The notes beneath the pieces are model-generated. The model ran no database searches and had not been told where the DNA came from. It saw nothing but the letters and a program-made list of their open reading frames with translations. This document shows, piece by piece, positions 9,406 to 18,915 of a stretch of DNA of 64,000 nucleotides (its first letter is position 1; every line of letters begins with the position of its first letter). Both the position numbers and the translations under genes were made by a program. The DNA lies in the NCBI GenBank assembly GCA_024236195.1, contig JACKKZ010000002.1, forward strand, positions 10,805-74,804. The letters run 5' to 3'. This stretch comes from Sphingomonadaceae bacterium. GTDB lineage: Bacteria; Pseudomonadota; Alphaproteobacteria; Sphingomonadales; Sphingomonadaceae.

Positions 9406-9717
9406 TCAGAACCGCTCCGGGCGGACCACGTCCACTTCCGACCGCAGCACCACCAGCCCATAGCTTTCCAGCAGCGGGGCAATGGATTCCAGGAAGCGGT
9501 CCGCGCGTTCGCTGTTGGCCACTGCGAGGAAGATGTATTTGGCAGTGGCACCGCTGATCAGGTCTTCGCTCCATTCCCCGCTCCGCCCTTTGCCGCTGGT
9601 TGTTCGGTAGAGCGTATAGCCGGTGAAGCCTGATTGATCCGCAAGCTCGCTCAACCTCGGCGCGAGGGGGGCGTCAACCAGCACTTCCAGCCGTATCCGG
9701 CGTGTCATCTCGATCAT
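9406..9717 (-). CDS. PII-like (SbtB-type) signalling protein
   Basis: 103-aa protein MIEMTRRIRLEVLVDAPL...GYTLYRTTSGKGRSGEW...VDVVRPERF. The length and the beta-alpha-beta pattern match the PII fold. The start forms an ATGA overlap with the upstream SbtA-like gene. The longer 219-aa ORF start is rejected. Confidence 0.7.
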   Translation of the reverse strand: MIEMTRRIRLEVLVDAPLAPRLSELADQSGFTGYTLYRTTSGKGRSGEWSEDLISGATAKYIFLAVANSERADRFLESIAPLLESYGLVVLRSEVDVVRPERF

Positions 9718-10679
9718 GCGACTGCTCCGATCTGTTCGGCCATCCAGCGAAACAGCGGAATGCCGAGGACTATATTGAAGGGGAAGGTGACCCCCAGCGA
9801 CATGGCAAGATACAGCCCCGCATCCGCTTGGGGCAGCGACAGGCGCATGGCCGCCGGGACCGCGATGTATGACGCACTCGCCGCCAATATGCCCAGGGCC
9901 GCGGCAGTTGGCGCGTCGAGCCCGATGGCGGTACCGGCCAGCACACCCACAGTGCCATTGACCAGCGGGAAGACCAGCGCAAGCACCACCAGCCGCGCAG
10001 TCAGCGCGCGCGTTTGCAGGATGCGGCGCATGGCAATCAGCCCCATGTCGAGCAGGAACAGGCACAGCACCCCGGTAAAGCCTGCCTTGAACAGCGGGCT
10101 GATCGGTTCGAACCCGGCCGGACCGATCAGCAGGCCGATGGCAAAGCTGCCCAGCAGCAGCACGACCGATCCGTTGAAGAACACTTCATGCAGCAAATGG
10201 CGATTGAGCAAGCCGCCGCTGCCATCGCGCCGCGCAATCAGCAGGCCAGACAGGATCGCGGGGGTTTCCATCATCGCCAGCACCGCCACCATGAAACCAG
10301 CAACCATGAACCCGTCTGCGCCATAGATCTGGCTGGCAGTGACAAAGGTCACCACGCTGACCGACCCGTAATGCGCCGCCACCGCGCCGCTATTGACCCG
10401 GTCAAGCCGTCCGAACCGGCGCAGCGCGGGGGCAATGGCAAAAGGAATCAGCGCGCTAAGCAGCAGGCCTGCCACCAGCGCCTTGGCCAGCTGCGCATTG
10501 ACGCCGGCATTGGCCACTTCCACCCCGCCCTTCAGTCCGATGGCCGCCATCAGGTAGAGCGACATGCCTTTGGCGATTGTCTCCGGCACGGCCAGGTCAG
10601 ATCGCACCGCCGCCGCGAGCACGCCCAGCAGGAAGAACAGGACTGGTGCAGAAAGCAGGGTCGCAGCAAGCTGGTCCAT
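9714..10679 (-). CDS. SbtA-like (DUF897) sodium-dependent bicarbonate transport family permease
   Basis: 321-aa polytopic membrane protein. The N-terminus LLSAPVLFFLLGVLAAAVRSDLAVPETIAKGMSLYLMAAIGLKGG is typical of the family. It is coupled to a PII-like gene. Confidence 0.8.
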   Translation of the reverse strand: MDQLAATLLSAPVLFFLLGVLAAAVRSDLAVPETIAKGMSLYLMAAIGLKGGVEVANAGVNAQLAKALVAGLLLSALIPFAIAPALRRFGRLDRVNSGAVAAHYGSVSVVTFVTASQIYGADGFMVAGFMVAVLAMMETPAILSGLLIARRDGSGGLLNRHLLHEVFFNGSVVLLLGSFAIGLLIGPAGFEPISPLFKAGFTGVLCLFLLDMGLIAMRRILQTRALTARLVVLALVFPLVNGTVGVLAGTAIGLDAPTAAALGILAASASYIAVPAAMRLSLPQADAGLYLAMSLGVTFPFNIVLGIPLFRWMAEQIGAVA

Positions 10680-10751
10680 GGGGAAACCTATCCTATGCGC
10701 ACACGGCCCCGACCTGCGCCAACAGGCCGGGGCATCAAAGTTGGCTGGTGT

Positions 10752-11498
10752 TTATTCCGGGGCGACCAGCAGCCGTCCGTTCAGCAACTGCACCGGGCGG
10801 GCATTCATGCCCATGGCCTGCTCCATCGCGGCAATCTGGGCCGGACTGGCTTCCACGGGAGTGGACAGGACATGCCAGTTGACCCCTTCGCTGCAGGGCG
10901 GCGTGGTGAGCGAGCCCATATAGCGATAGACGGCGCGATCTTCCGGTAGCAGTTTCCGAGGGTCGAAGCTGGCACCAGCCACGGTCTGCGCGGCCTGTTT
11001 CTTCATCGGTGCGGCATCGACCAGCTTCTGCAATTCGGCATTGGCATCGCCCGCTTCGAACATCACGCCCAGCACCGCCAGCGCGCCATCATCCGCCGCA
11101 TGGACGAAATGCGCGGTCAGCGGATAGGCCTTGCCATCCACCGTATGTTCGGACGGCGTATGGAAATGGACCTGCACCAGCTTGAAGCTCTTGCCGCCGC
11201 TGACCATGGTCGATCCTTCGGCGAAATTGGCTTGCACCGTGTGCCCATTATGCAGGACAGTCAGCGGCCCGGCCTGCCAGTTCACGTCAACGTCTATGTC
11301 CCCTGTTGCATTGGCTTGGCCAAGGTCAATCGGGGACTGCATGATCCCGGCTTCGCATTTCTCGAAATCCTTGTGCAACTGACCCCAGCGGTCAGCGCCA
11401 CGCGGACCTTCATAGGTCCAGTCAGCCGCAGCAAGAGCCGGAGCCGAAGCCAGACCGACACTGGCCAAAGCGACAATCAGGGATTTTTTCACAGGCAT
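10752..11498 (-). CDS. secreted alpha-class carbonic anhydrase
   Basis: Signal peptide followed by WTYEG..GADRWG...CEAGIMQSPIDL and QVHFHTPSEHTVDG...AHFVH, which supplies the zinc-ligand histidines. An alternative GTG start at 11492 has better SD spacing. Confidence 0.9.
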   Translation of the reverse strand: MPVKKSLIVALASVGLASAPALAAADWTYEGPRGADRWGQLHKDFEKCEAGIMQSPIDLGQANATGDIDVDVNWQAGPLTVLHNGHTVQANFAEGSTMVSGGKSFKLVQVHFHTPSEHTVDGKAYPLTAHFVHAADDGALAVLGVMFEAGDANAELQKLVDAAPMKKQAAQTVAGASFDPRKLLPEDRAVYRYMGSLTTPPCSEGVNWHVLSTPVEASPAQIAAMEQAMGMNARPVQLLNGRLLVAPE

Positions 11499-11503
11499 TC
11501 TCC

Positions 11504-12496
11504 TCAAAGATAGGGGGTAAGGGAATGGGCGAGATAGGCAGCATAGGCTGCCAGCAGGACGGCCCCGATCCAGCGGGACACGTGCAGTTTGAAGGCCACC
11601 ATCAACCACAGCAGCAAGGCGAGGCCAGTCAGCAGCGGCATTTCCAGCGTCGCAAAACCTGCCGGGATGGAGCTGGGCGCCGCCACCAGCACCACGCCGC
11701 CAATGGCGAGGATATTATAGATGTTGGAACCAAGGATATTGCCCAGCGCGATCCCGCCCTGCTTGCGGTATGCGGCCACGGCAGAGGTCACCAGTTCGGG
11801 CAGCGATGTGCCAATGGCAACCACGGTCAGGCCGATCACGGTTTCGCTCATCCCGGCAATGCGCGCGATTTCGACTGCGCCGCCAACCAGCAGATGCGCC
11901 CCGGCGACGAGCAACACCAGCCCCGTTATCAGCAGCAACACCGGCTTGGCATAACCATTGAGCGGCGCATGGATTTGCGTGTCCGCCATTTCCAGCGCTT
12001 CCGCACGGCTATGCGGGCCGCTGGTCGCAGATGCGGGCGAGCCGCCGCGTTCCAGCACATAACTCCAGTAAACATAGCCGATAATGCCCGCGATCAGGAC
12101 AAAGCCGACCCATGGCGCGGGCGAGGCATCGAGCGATACCAGCCACAATACCGCCGCCGCACCAACCGCGATCAACGGATCACGCCAGGCGCTGAATTCG
12201 CGCGTGGCAATCGGGAACATCAGCGCCGCCGCGCCCAGAATGAGCAGGCTATTGGCAATATTCGATCCGGCGACATTACCCCAGGCAATTCCCGGCGAAC
12301 CTGCCAGCACGGCATCAAGGCTGGCCGCCAGTTCCGGCAGCGAGGTGCCAAAACCGACGATAACTGTGCCCACCAGCGCGGCGGAAACCCCAGCGCGCTC
12401 GGCAATGCGCACGGCGCCGCGCACCAGCAATTCACCGCCCCCGATCAGCAGCACCAGCCCGCCGATCAGCGCGGCCAAAGACAGACCCATGCTCAT
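11504..12496 (-). CDS. CaCA-family cation/Ca2+ (Na+/Ca2+) antiporter, YrbG-like
   Basis: Two internal alpha-repeats, each with GTSLPEL (GFGTSLPELAASL and AIGTSLPELVTSA). The protein is 330 aa and polytopic. Confidence 0.85.
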   Translation of the reverse strand: MSMGLSLAALIGGLVLLIGGGELLVRGAVRIAERAGVSAALVGTVIVGFGTSLPELAASLDAVLAGSPGIAWGNVAGSNIANSLLILGAAALMFPIATREFSAWRDPLIAVGAAAVLWLVSLDASPAPWVGFVLIAGIIGYVYWSYVLERGGSPASATSGPHSRAEALEMADTQIHAPLNGYAKPVLLLITGLVLLVAGAHLLVGGAVEIARIAGMSETVIGLTVVAIGTSLPELVTSAVAAYRKQGGIALGNILGSNIYNILAIGGVVLVAAPSSIPAGFATLEMPLLTGLALLLWLMVAFKLHVSRWIGAVLLAAYAAYLAHSLTPYL

Positions 12497-13689
12497 GCCA
12501 CATTCTCCTGCCGGGCTTCACTTGGCGCCGTCCCCTTGCCGAACCACAGCAGGGCAACGCCCGCCAGCGCCGACACCAGCGACCCGCTCAGCACACCCAG
12601 CTTCACCGCATCCATTTGCGCCGGATCATCAAAGGCGAGCGCCCCGATAAACAGGCTCATGGTGAAGCCGATCCCGGCGACCAGCGACAATCCATGCAGT
12701 TGCCGCCAGTTCACATCGTCGGGCAGACTCGCCATGCCCGCTTTCACCGCGATCCACGACAGACCGAGGATGCCCGCCTGCTTGCCCAGCACCAACCCCA
12801 GCGCAATGCCCAGCGGCAGGGGCGCGAGCAAATCCGCAAGCTCCAGCCCGGCCAGCGAGACCCCGGCATTGGCGAGCGCAAAGACCGGCACGATGAAAAA
12901 GGCGACCCATGGATGCAGGCCATGCTCCATCCGCTCCAACGGGCGCTCATCACCTGCCACCATCGGGATTGCCATCGCCGCCGCGACCCCGGCCAGCGTG
13001 GCGTGGACGCCCGATTTGAGCACCAGGACCCACAGCAGGATACCCAGTAGGACATAGGGCCAGTTGCGGGCGACACCCATGCGGCCCAGTGCCACCATCA
13101 CCGCCAGCACTGCGCCTGCACCGATCAGCATACCCGGCTGGATATTCTCGGAATAGAAGATCGCGATAATCGCAATCGCGCCAATATCGTCAATCACGGC
13201 AATCGCCAGCAGCAACGCCTTGAGCGCCACCGGTACACGGTTGCCCATCAGCGCCAGCACACCCAGCGCAAAGGCAATGTCGGTCGCGGCCGGGATCGCC
13301 CAGCCGCTGGTATTTTCCGGCATTCCGGCATTGATCCACAGGAACACCAGCGCCGGTGCCGCCATCCCGCCAATCGCGGCAAAAAGTGGCAACGATGCCT
13401 GTTTCCAGCTCGCGAGCTGACCATCCAGCACTTCGCGCTTCACCTCCAGCCCGACAAGGAAGAAGAACAGCGCCATCAGCCCGTCATTGATCCACAGCAG
13501 CAGCGGCTTGGAAATGCCTGCTTCGCCAATCGCGGCGGTCACCTGCATGCCCAGCACACCATTATAGCTGGCGGCGAGCGGCGAATTGGCCAGCACCAGC
13601 GCAGCCAGCGCCGCCACCATCAACACGATCCCGCCAGCACTTTCCTCTGCCAGGAATTCTTTCAGCATCGGGGTCAGGCGGCGAACCAT
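12493..13689 (-). CDS. nhaA: Na+/H+ antiporter NhaA
   Basis: FLAEESAGGIVLMVAALAALVLANSP ... INDGLMALFFFLVGLEVKRE ... AVIDDIGAI are classic NhaA blocks. The chosen start has an AAGGAG 6 nt upstream. The stop overlaps the start of the CaCA gene. Confidence 0.9.
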   Translation of the reverse strand: MVRRLTPMLKEFLAEESAGGIVLMVAALAALVLANSPLAASYNGVLGMQVTAAIGEAGISKPLLLWINDGLMALFFFLVGLEVKREVLDGQLASWKQASLPLFAAIGGMAAPALVFLWINAGMPENTSGWAIPAATDIAFALGVLALMGNRVPVALKALLLAIAVIDDIGAIAIIAIFYSENIQPGMLIGAGAVLAVMVALGRMGVARNWPYVLLGILLWVLVLKSGVHATLAGVAAAMAIPMVAGDERPLERMEHGLHPWVAFFIVPVFALANAGVSLAGLELADLLAPLPLGIALGLVLGKQAGILGLSWIAVKAGMASLPDDVNWRQLHGLSLVAGIGFTMSLFIGALAFDDPAQMDAVKLGVLSGSLVSALAGVALLWFGKGTAPSEARQENVA

Positions 13690-13918
13690 GTAAGCTCCTT
13701 GGTATTCATACATGCAGGAAAGGGGGGCGCGACACGCAGGCTATCAGAGGGGGGAGGGAGATAGCTGCGTGCCGCGCACGGCCAGGACGGGATGGAGGAA
13801 CCAGGCCGTTGGGAGTGCTGGATGCCGGAGCGCCCCGACACCCGATATTTCTCTTTGTCTGGAGCCTATATGGCGCAACAGCACATCATTGACCAATTGA
13901 AAGACTTCCTGCATTTCG

Positions 13919-13933
13919 ATAGATATCATCTAT
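13919..13933. promoter_or_regulatory. candidate LysR-type (T-N11-A) operator
   Basis: ATAGAT-ATC-ATCTAT is a perfect 6-bp-arm palindrome. It sits in the AT-richer divergent region between nhaA and the LysR gene, 29 bp upstream of the LysR start. Confidence 0.35.
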
Positions 13934-13961
13934 CGCACATTGTTTTCGTTTCGGTGCTGCC

Positions 13962-14873
13962 ATGCCAACCCTTCGCCAGCTACAATATCTCGCCACCCTT
14001 GCTGACACCCAGCATTTCGGCCGCGCAGCGGCGGCAGTGCATGTTTCCCAGCCCACGCTCAGCCAGCAATTGCGGCAATTGGAGGCCAAGCTGGGCGTGA
14101 CGCTGGTCGAACGGGGTGACACGCCGGTGCAGCTGACTCCGGTCGGACGCGAAATTGCCCAGCGCGCGCGGCGGGTGCTGGTGCAGGTGGACGATATCGT
14201 TGACCTGGCCCGGCGCAGCACCAGCGGCATTGCCGGGACAATCCGCTTTGGCGTGACCCCGACGCTGGGGCCCTATCTGATGCCTGCCGTCGTAGCGCAA
14301 TTGCACCGCGCCCACCCTGACATGCGGCTCTATATGCGCGAAGGCATTCCCGATGACCAACTGGCCGAATTGCGGCGGGGCGGGCTGGACTTGCTGCTGG
14401 TCCCGCTGCCCGTGGCCGGGGCCGATCTGGAAGTGGAGCCACTGTTTCGCGAACCGCTGCACCTCGTTGCCCCGCCCGACCACGCGCTGTGCAGCAAGAC
14501 CCAGCTGACCACGCAGGACCTCGCCGGGCAAGGCGTGCTCAGCCTCGACACCCGCCACCATTTCCACCGTCAGGCGCAGGCCATCTGCGGGGAATTCGGG
14601 GCGGAGCTGCTGCGCGATTATGAAGGGACCAGCCTTGACAGCCTGCGCCAGATGGCCGGATCGGGTCTTGGCCTTGCCATCTTGCCGGAGCTCTACCTAC
14701 ACAGCGAAGTGGGCGGGGAAGACATGGTTCAGCGGCTGGAAGTCAGCGGCTGGTCAGCTACCCGCTCGATCGCCGCTGTCTGGCGCGAAGGCGCCGCCTA
14801 TTCGGATACATACCGTCTGGTGGCAGGAGCTATCGCTGCAGAAGCAAGGCGGGTCATGGCGCAATCATTATAG
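13962..14873 (+). CDS. LysR-family transcriptional regulator (OxyR-like sequence)
   Basis: The N-terminal HTH is LRQLQYLATLADTQHFGRAAAAVHVSQPTLSQQLRQLEAKLG. The C-terminal half is a typical LysR substrate-binding domain. Confidence 0.85.
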   Translation: MPTLRQLQYLATLADTQHFGRAAAAVHVSQPTLSQQLRQLEAKLGVTLVERGDTPVQLTPVGREIAQRARRVLVQVDDIVDLARRSTSGIAGTIRFGVTPTLGPYLMPAVVAQLHRAHPDMRLYMREGIPDDQLAELRRGGLDLLLVPLPVAGADLEVEPLFREPLHLVAPPDHALCSKTQLTTQDLAGQGVLSLDTRHHFHRQAQAICGEFGAELLRDYEGTSLDSLRQMAGSGLGLAILPELYLHSEVGGEDMVQRLEVSGWSATRSIAAVWREGAAYSDTYRLVAGAIAAEARRVMAQSL

Positions 14874-14933
14874 GTGCTTGCACGATCCGCGCGATCAGGC
14901 ACAAGGGGCGCAACAGGAGACAGGGTCAGAACC

Positions 14934-15959
14934 ATGGGGGCAGACAAGCGCAGCAGGGTGACGTCATTCGACGTGGCCGCGAAGGCGGGTGTGAGCCAGT
15001 CCACCGTCTCGCGCGCCCTCTCTGGCTCGCAAACCATTACCGAGGCCACCCGCAGCCGGGTGCTGGAGGCTGCGCGCGAGCTGGGCTATTTTGTCGATGA
15101 ACGCGCTGCCCGCTTGCGCCGGGGGCAGACCGGCACCCTTGTCGTGATCGTCATCACCCGCCCCGGCGAGACTCCGCAGCAGGTCAACCCTTTCAGCTAT
15201 TCGCTGCTCGGCGCAATCTGCGCAGCGGCGGCTGGGCACGGCTTTGAAACGCTGGTCTCGTTGCAGGCCGAGCCGGAAAGCTTCTTTGGCCATTATGTTG
15301 ACCGCAATCAGGCCGACGGGATGATCGTGATCGGCACCACCGCCAACCAGCCAGCATGGGACTATTTCCGCGAGATAGGCACCACCGGGCAACCGATTGT
15401 CTATTGGGGGTCCCCGCTGGGTGACCTGGACTGGGTCAGTTCCGACAACCAGCAGGGTGCGCGCATGGCCGCGCAGCATCTGGTCGACTGCGGTTATCGC
15501 AAGATCGCCTGTATCGGCGCCGGGGAAACCCGCCAGCGCCAGTTTGCGGAGCGAGTGGAAACCTATCGCGCAGTCATGGAAGAAGCCGGGCTGGAAGCCT
15601 TGCCAATCCCGGTGGAAGAGGGGTGGGAGCGAGACGAACAAGGCCGCCGCGCCATTGCCGCCATGCTCGCACAAGGTCAGGAATTCGACGCTGTCTTTGC
15701 CGTGTGTGACGCGATTGGCTTTGGCGTGCTGGAGGGGCTGCGCGCTGCCGGGATCAGCGTGCCCGCCGATGTCGGCGTGATCGGGTTTGACGGTCTGCAG
15801 GCAGGCGAGCACACCTCCCCGCCGCTCGCCACGATTGAGCCGGACTTCGCCTCCGCCGGGGCCAAGCTGGTAGAGGCCGTGCTGGACCAGTCGCCTGACC
15901 AGCCCCCCCGGCGCGTGCCGGTGCGCCTGCTGGCCCGTGGCAGCACCGCCCGGCGCTGA
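14934..15959 (+). CDS. LacI-family transcriptional regulator
   Basis: The HTH is VTSFDVAAKAGVSQSTVSRALSG, followed by a periplasmic-binding-protein-like sugar-binding fold. I take the start at the internal Met (14934). Confidence 0.85.
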   Translation: MGADKRSRVTSFDVAAKAGVSQSTVSRALSGSQTITEATRSRVLEAARELGYFVDERAARLRRGQTGTLVVIVITRPGETPQQVNPFSYSLLGAICAAAAGHGFETLVSLQAEPESFFGHYVDRNQADGMIVIGTTANQPAWDYFREIGTTGQPIVYWGSPLGDLDWVSSDNQQGARMAAQHLVDCGYRKIACIGAGETRQRQFAERVETYRAVMEEAGLEALPIPVEEGWERDEQGRRAIAAMLAQGQEFDAVFAVCDAIGFGVLEGLRAAGISVPADVGVIGFDGLQAGEHTSPPLATIEPDFASAGAKLVEAVLDQSPDQPPRRVPVRLLARGSTARR

Positions 15960-15973
15960 CGCAGGAAACTGCC

Positions 15974-16435
15974 ATGCGCGTTGCCCTGTTCGAACCAGAA
16001 ATCGCCGGAAATGTCGGTGCCGTACTGCGCCTCTGTGCCTGCCTTGGCGCACCGGTTGAATTGATCGAACCGCTGGGCTTCCTCTGGGATGACAAGCGCG
16101 TGCGCCGTGCGGCGATGGATTATATCGACCATGTCACGATCACCCGCCATGCCGGTTTCGATGCCTTTTGCGAGGCTGTGCGCCCTGCCCGGCTGGTGCT
16201 GTTCACAACCAAGGCGAGCGAGTCCGCCTATGGCTTCACCTACCAGCCAGACGATGTGCTGCTGTTTGGCAAGGAAAGTGCGGGCGTCCCGGCGGCAGTG
16301 GCAGAACGCTGCGACGCGCGGCTGCGCCTGCCGATCCGGGCAGAAGTGCGCTCCATGAACCTCGCCACCAGTGCCGCGCTCGCGCTGGGCGAAGGCTTAC
16401 GCCAGACAGCACAGTTGCCACCGCTTGCCATCTGA
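15974..16435 (+). CDS. trmL: tRNA (cytidine/uridine-2'-O)-methyltransferase TrmL (SpoU/TrmH class)
   Basis: 153 aa. Motifs are MRVALFEPEIAGNVGAVLRLCA, LLFGKESAGVP and IPIRAEVRSMNLATSAALAL, the SPOUT knot motifs. Confidence 0.85.
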   Translation: MRVALFEPEIAGNVGAVLRLCACLGAPVELIEPLGFLWDDKRVRRAAMDYIDHVTITRHAGFDAFCEAVRPARLVLFTTKASESAYGFTYQPDDVLLFGKESAGVPAAVAERCDARLRLPIRAEVRSMNLATSAALALGEGLRQTAQLPPLAI

Positions 16436-16530
16436 ACCGGTATGACGCAGTCTGTCACCAGACCGGGCAATCCCGGCAGGAGAGGGGCAAGGCTGGCCAT
16501 GCGGGTAACGCAGGATTGGGGCAATTGCAG

Positions 16531-18915
16531 ATGAGCGGGGGGGACGGATCCTCTTTGGCCACCCATGTGGCTGGCGCGCAGCAACATGCGCCTGCCACCA
16601 CCATCTATCTCGCGGCGCATCGCGGGGCGACAGAGCGGCAGTTGCTGGAAGAGTGGGTTGCCAGCCGCCATCAGAGTGGCGGCGCGCCGCACCGGCTGTT
16701 CCTGTTTGCCCGGCAGGATGCGCCCTCTTCCGAAGAAGTCGCACGGCTGGTCGCTTCGCTCGATGACGAGCAGGTGGTTCTGGCCCCGCTCCGTGTGACA
16801 TGGCGGCCGGAGCTGTTCGAAGGGCGCCGCGCAGCGCGCTGGCTCGACCTCGCCTTGCTCCGCAATCCACGCAAGCCGCGCGAGGGGGCCAAGCGGCGAC
16901 TGGTTGCTGCGGGGCAGCAGGAACGATGGGCGATTGTCCAGGGCGAACCCGCCACGCTCGGCCAGCTACGCCAACGCTGGAAACAGCGCACCGGGGGCGA
17001 AGCGGATAGCGACTTTGCCGGTTTTGTCGCGCGGCAGGCGGAACTTTCACTCGAGCGTGCAGAATATCCGATCCACGGTGTGACCTATAAATTGCCGCAA
17101 GTGGACCGGCAGGATGTGATGGCCACGCCCGGCTTCCGCGAAGGGCTGGAGAAGCTGGCCCGCGAGAGCGGTGAAGATGTAGGGAAACTGCGGCGGCAGG
17201 CAGCGGAATATCTCCACGAATTGCGCACCGAACGCAGCCCTTTCATCCTCGACCTGACCATGCGGCTGTTCCGCTGGAGCTATTCGCGCGCCTATGGCCA
17301 GATTGATATCGTGCCAGAAGAAGTGGCCGCTTTGCGCCCGCTGTTCGAGAAACACTCCGCGCTGATCCTGCCTGCGCACAAGACCAATCTTGACGGGCCG
17401 ATTGTCGAGACCGTGCTCTATGACAATGGCTTGCCACCTGCGAGCCTGTTTGGCGGGATCAACATGAGCTTTTGGCCGATGGGGCCGCTGCTGCGCAAGG
17501 GCGGCAAGATTTTCCTGCGCCGGGGGATCCAGGACGATCCGCTCTATCGTTTCGTGCTGCGCGAATATCTCGCCTATCTGGTCGAGAAGCGTTTCAACCT
17601 GTCGTGGTTCCCCGAAGGAACCCGGTCGCGCACCGGTAAATTGCTCCCGCCCAAGCTGGGGCTGATGAATTATGTCGTGCAAGGCTATCGCGAAGGGCGG
17701 ATCGAGGATTTGCTGCTGGTCCCTGTCGCGCTGGTCTATGACCAGGTCTACGAAACCGCCGATTTCATCCGCGAGGCGCAAGGCGGCAAGAAGCGCAAGG
17801 AAAGCTTCGGCTGGCTGGTGTCCTACCTGCGCGCATTGCGCCAACCCTATGGCAAGGCCTATCTGCGCGTCGGCAAGGTGATGTCGATGCGCGAAGCGCT
17901 CGGCCCGCCGGAAGACCAGCCGCCCGCCGGATCGCCCGAAGCGCGGCTGGCGATGCAGAAGCTGGCGCTCGCCGTGTCATGGCGGACCAATGAAGTGACC
18001 CCGATCACCGGCATCGGGCTGGTCAGCTTTGCCCTGCTGGGCAGCGGCGGGCGCGCCGTGCCGCGTGGGCGGCTGGCGCGCTACCTCGCCATGCTGGCGG
18101 AAAATGCACGGGTGCGCGGCCTGCCCATGGCGCAAAGCGCCGCGCTGGACGAGCCGGGCAAGCTCGATGCCGCGCTGGATGCGCTGGAGGGATCGCGCGT
18201 TATCACCCGCTTCGATGAAGGGCCGGAAACGGTCTATTCGATTGGCGAGGGGCAGCATCTCGCCGCAGCCTTCTACCGCAATTCCATGCTTCATTTCGTG
18301 CTCGAACGCGCGATTGCGGAAGTGGCGGTTACGCTGGCCGCTGCGGAGCCTGTCGAACGCCGCGAGAAGATATTCATCGATTCAGCCCTGCGGCTGCGCG
18401 AAGCCTTGAAGTTTGACTTCTTCTTCCGTGAACGGGCCGAATTCCTTGCCGCACTGGAGGAGGAATTGGCCCGGACCCATGCCAATTGGCGCGAAGAATT
18501 GCTGGGGGCGAGCGGCCCGGAGCATGCCTTCCGCCGCATCTTCGGGTTGGGCACGGCCCATGCTGCGCTGCGCAGCTTCCTGGAGGCTTACCTGGTGGTC
18601 GCCGATTGCCTGGAAGTACTGCCGGACGATGTGCCAGCAGACGAAAAGGCCTTGTCAGATGCTGCACAGGCACGCGGGCGGCAATATGTGCTGGAACAGC
18701 GCATCCGCAATCCGGAGACTGTGTCGCAGCAGCTGTTTGGCAACGCGATTGATCTGGCGCGCAACCTCAAGCTGCTGGCACCGGGGCCGGACTTGCCGGC
18801 GCGCCGGGCGGAACTGGCCATGCGGCTGCGCGGGGCGCATGAATGCCTCGATCTGATCGAACGGGAGACGGTTGCGCGGCTGGGCAAGCTGGTGGGCGGT
18901 CAGCCCGCCGGGTGA
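16531..18915 (+). CDS. PlsB-like glycerol-3-phosphate acyltransferase
   Basis: About 794 aa from the Met at 16531. The H(X)4D acyltransferase motif PAHKTNLDGP is present, along with FPEGTRSRTGKL and later blocks. The upstream 121 codons of the ORF-track ORF overlap trmL and are rejected. Confidence 0.75.
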   Translation: MSGGDGSSLATHVAGAQQHAPATTIYLAAHRGATERQLLEEWVASRHQSGGAPHRLFLFARQDAPSSEEVARLVASLDDEQVVLAPLRVTWRPELFEGRRAARWLDLALLRNPRKPREGAKRRLVAAGQQERWAIVQGEPATLGQLRQRWKQRTGGEADSDFAGFVARQAELSLERAEYPIHGVTYKLPQVDRQDVMATPGFREGLEKLARESGEDVGKLRRQAAEYLHELRTERSPFILDLTMRLFRWSYSRAYGQIDIVPEEVAALRPLFEKHSALILPAHKTNLDGPIVETVLYDNGLPPASLFGGINMSFWPMGPLLRKGGKIFLRRGIQDDPLYRFVLREYLAYLVEKRFNLSWFPEGTRSRTGKLLPPKLGLMNYVVQGYREGRIEDLLLVPVALVYDQVYETADFIREAQGGKKRKESFGWLVSYLRALRQPYGKAYLRVGKVMSMREALGPPEDQPPAGSPEARLAMQKLALAVSWRTNEVTPITGIGLVSFALLGSGGRAVPRGRLARYLAMLAENARVRGLPMAQSAALDEPGKLDAALDALEGSRVITRFDEGPETVYSIGEGQHLAAAFYRNSMLHFVLERAIAEVAVTLAAAEPVERREKIFIDSALRLREALKFDFFFRERAEFLAALEEELARTHANWREELLGASGPEHAFRRIFGLGTAHAALRSFLEAYLVVADCLEVLPDDVPADEKALSDAAQARGRQYVLEQRIRNPETVSQQLFGNAIDLARNLKLLAPGPDLPARRAELAMRLRGAHECLDLIERETVARLGKLVGGQPAG

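Noticed and set aside
9718-10065. 116-codon extension of the PII-like ORF, which would overlap the SbtA-like gene.
   Set aside because: It is out of frame with a strongly supported permease gene and is Cys/His/Gly/Arg-rich. The ATGA-coupled start at 9717 gives a PII-sized protein.
16168-16530. 121-codon N-terminal extension of the PlsB-like ORF given by the ORF track.
   Set aside because: It overlaps most of trmL in another frame and is Arg/Ala/Gly-rich. A Met at 16531 directly precedes the conserved region.
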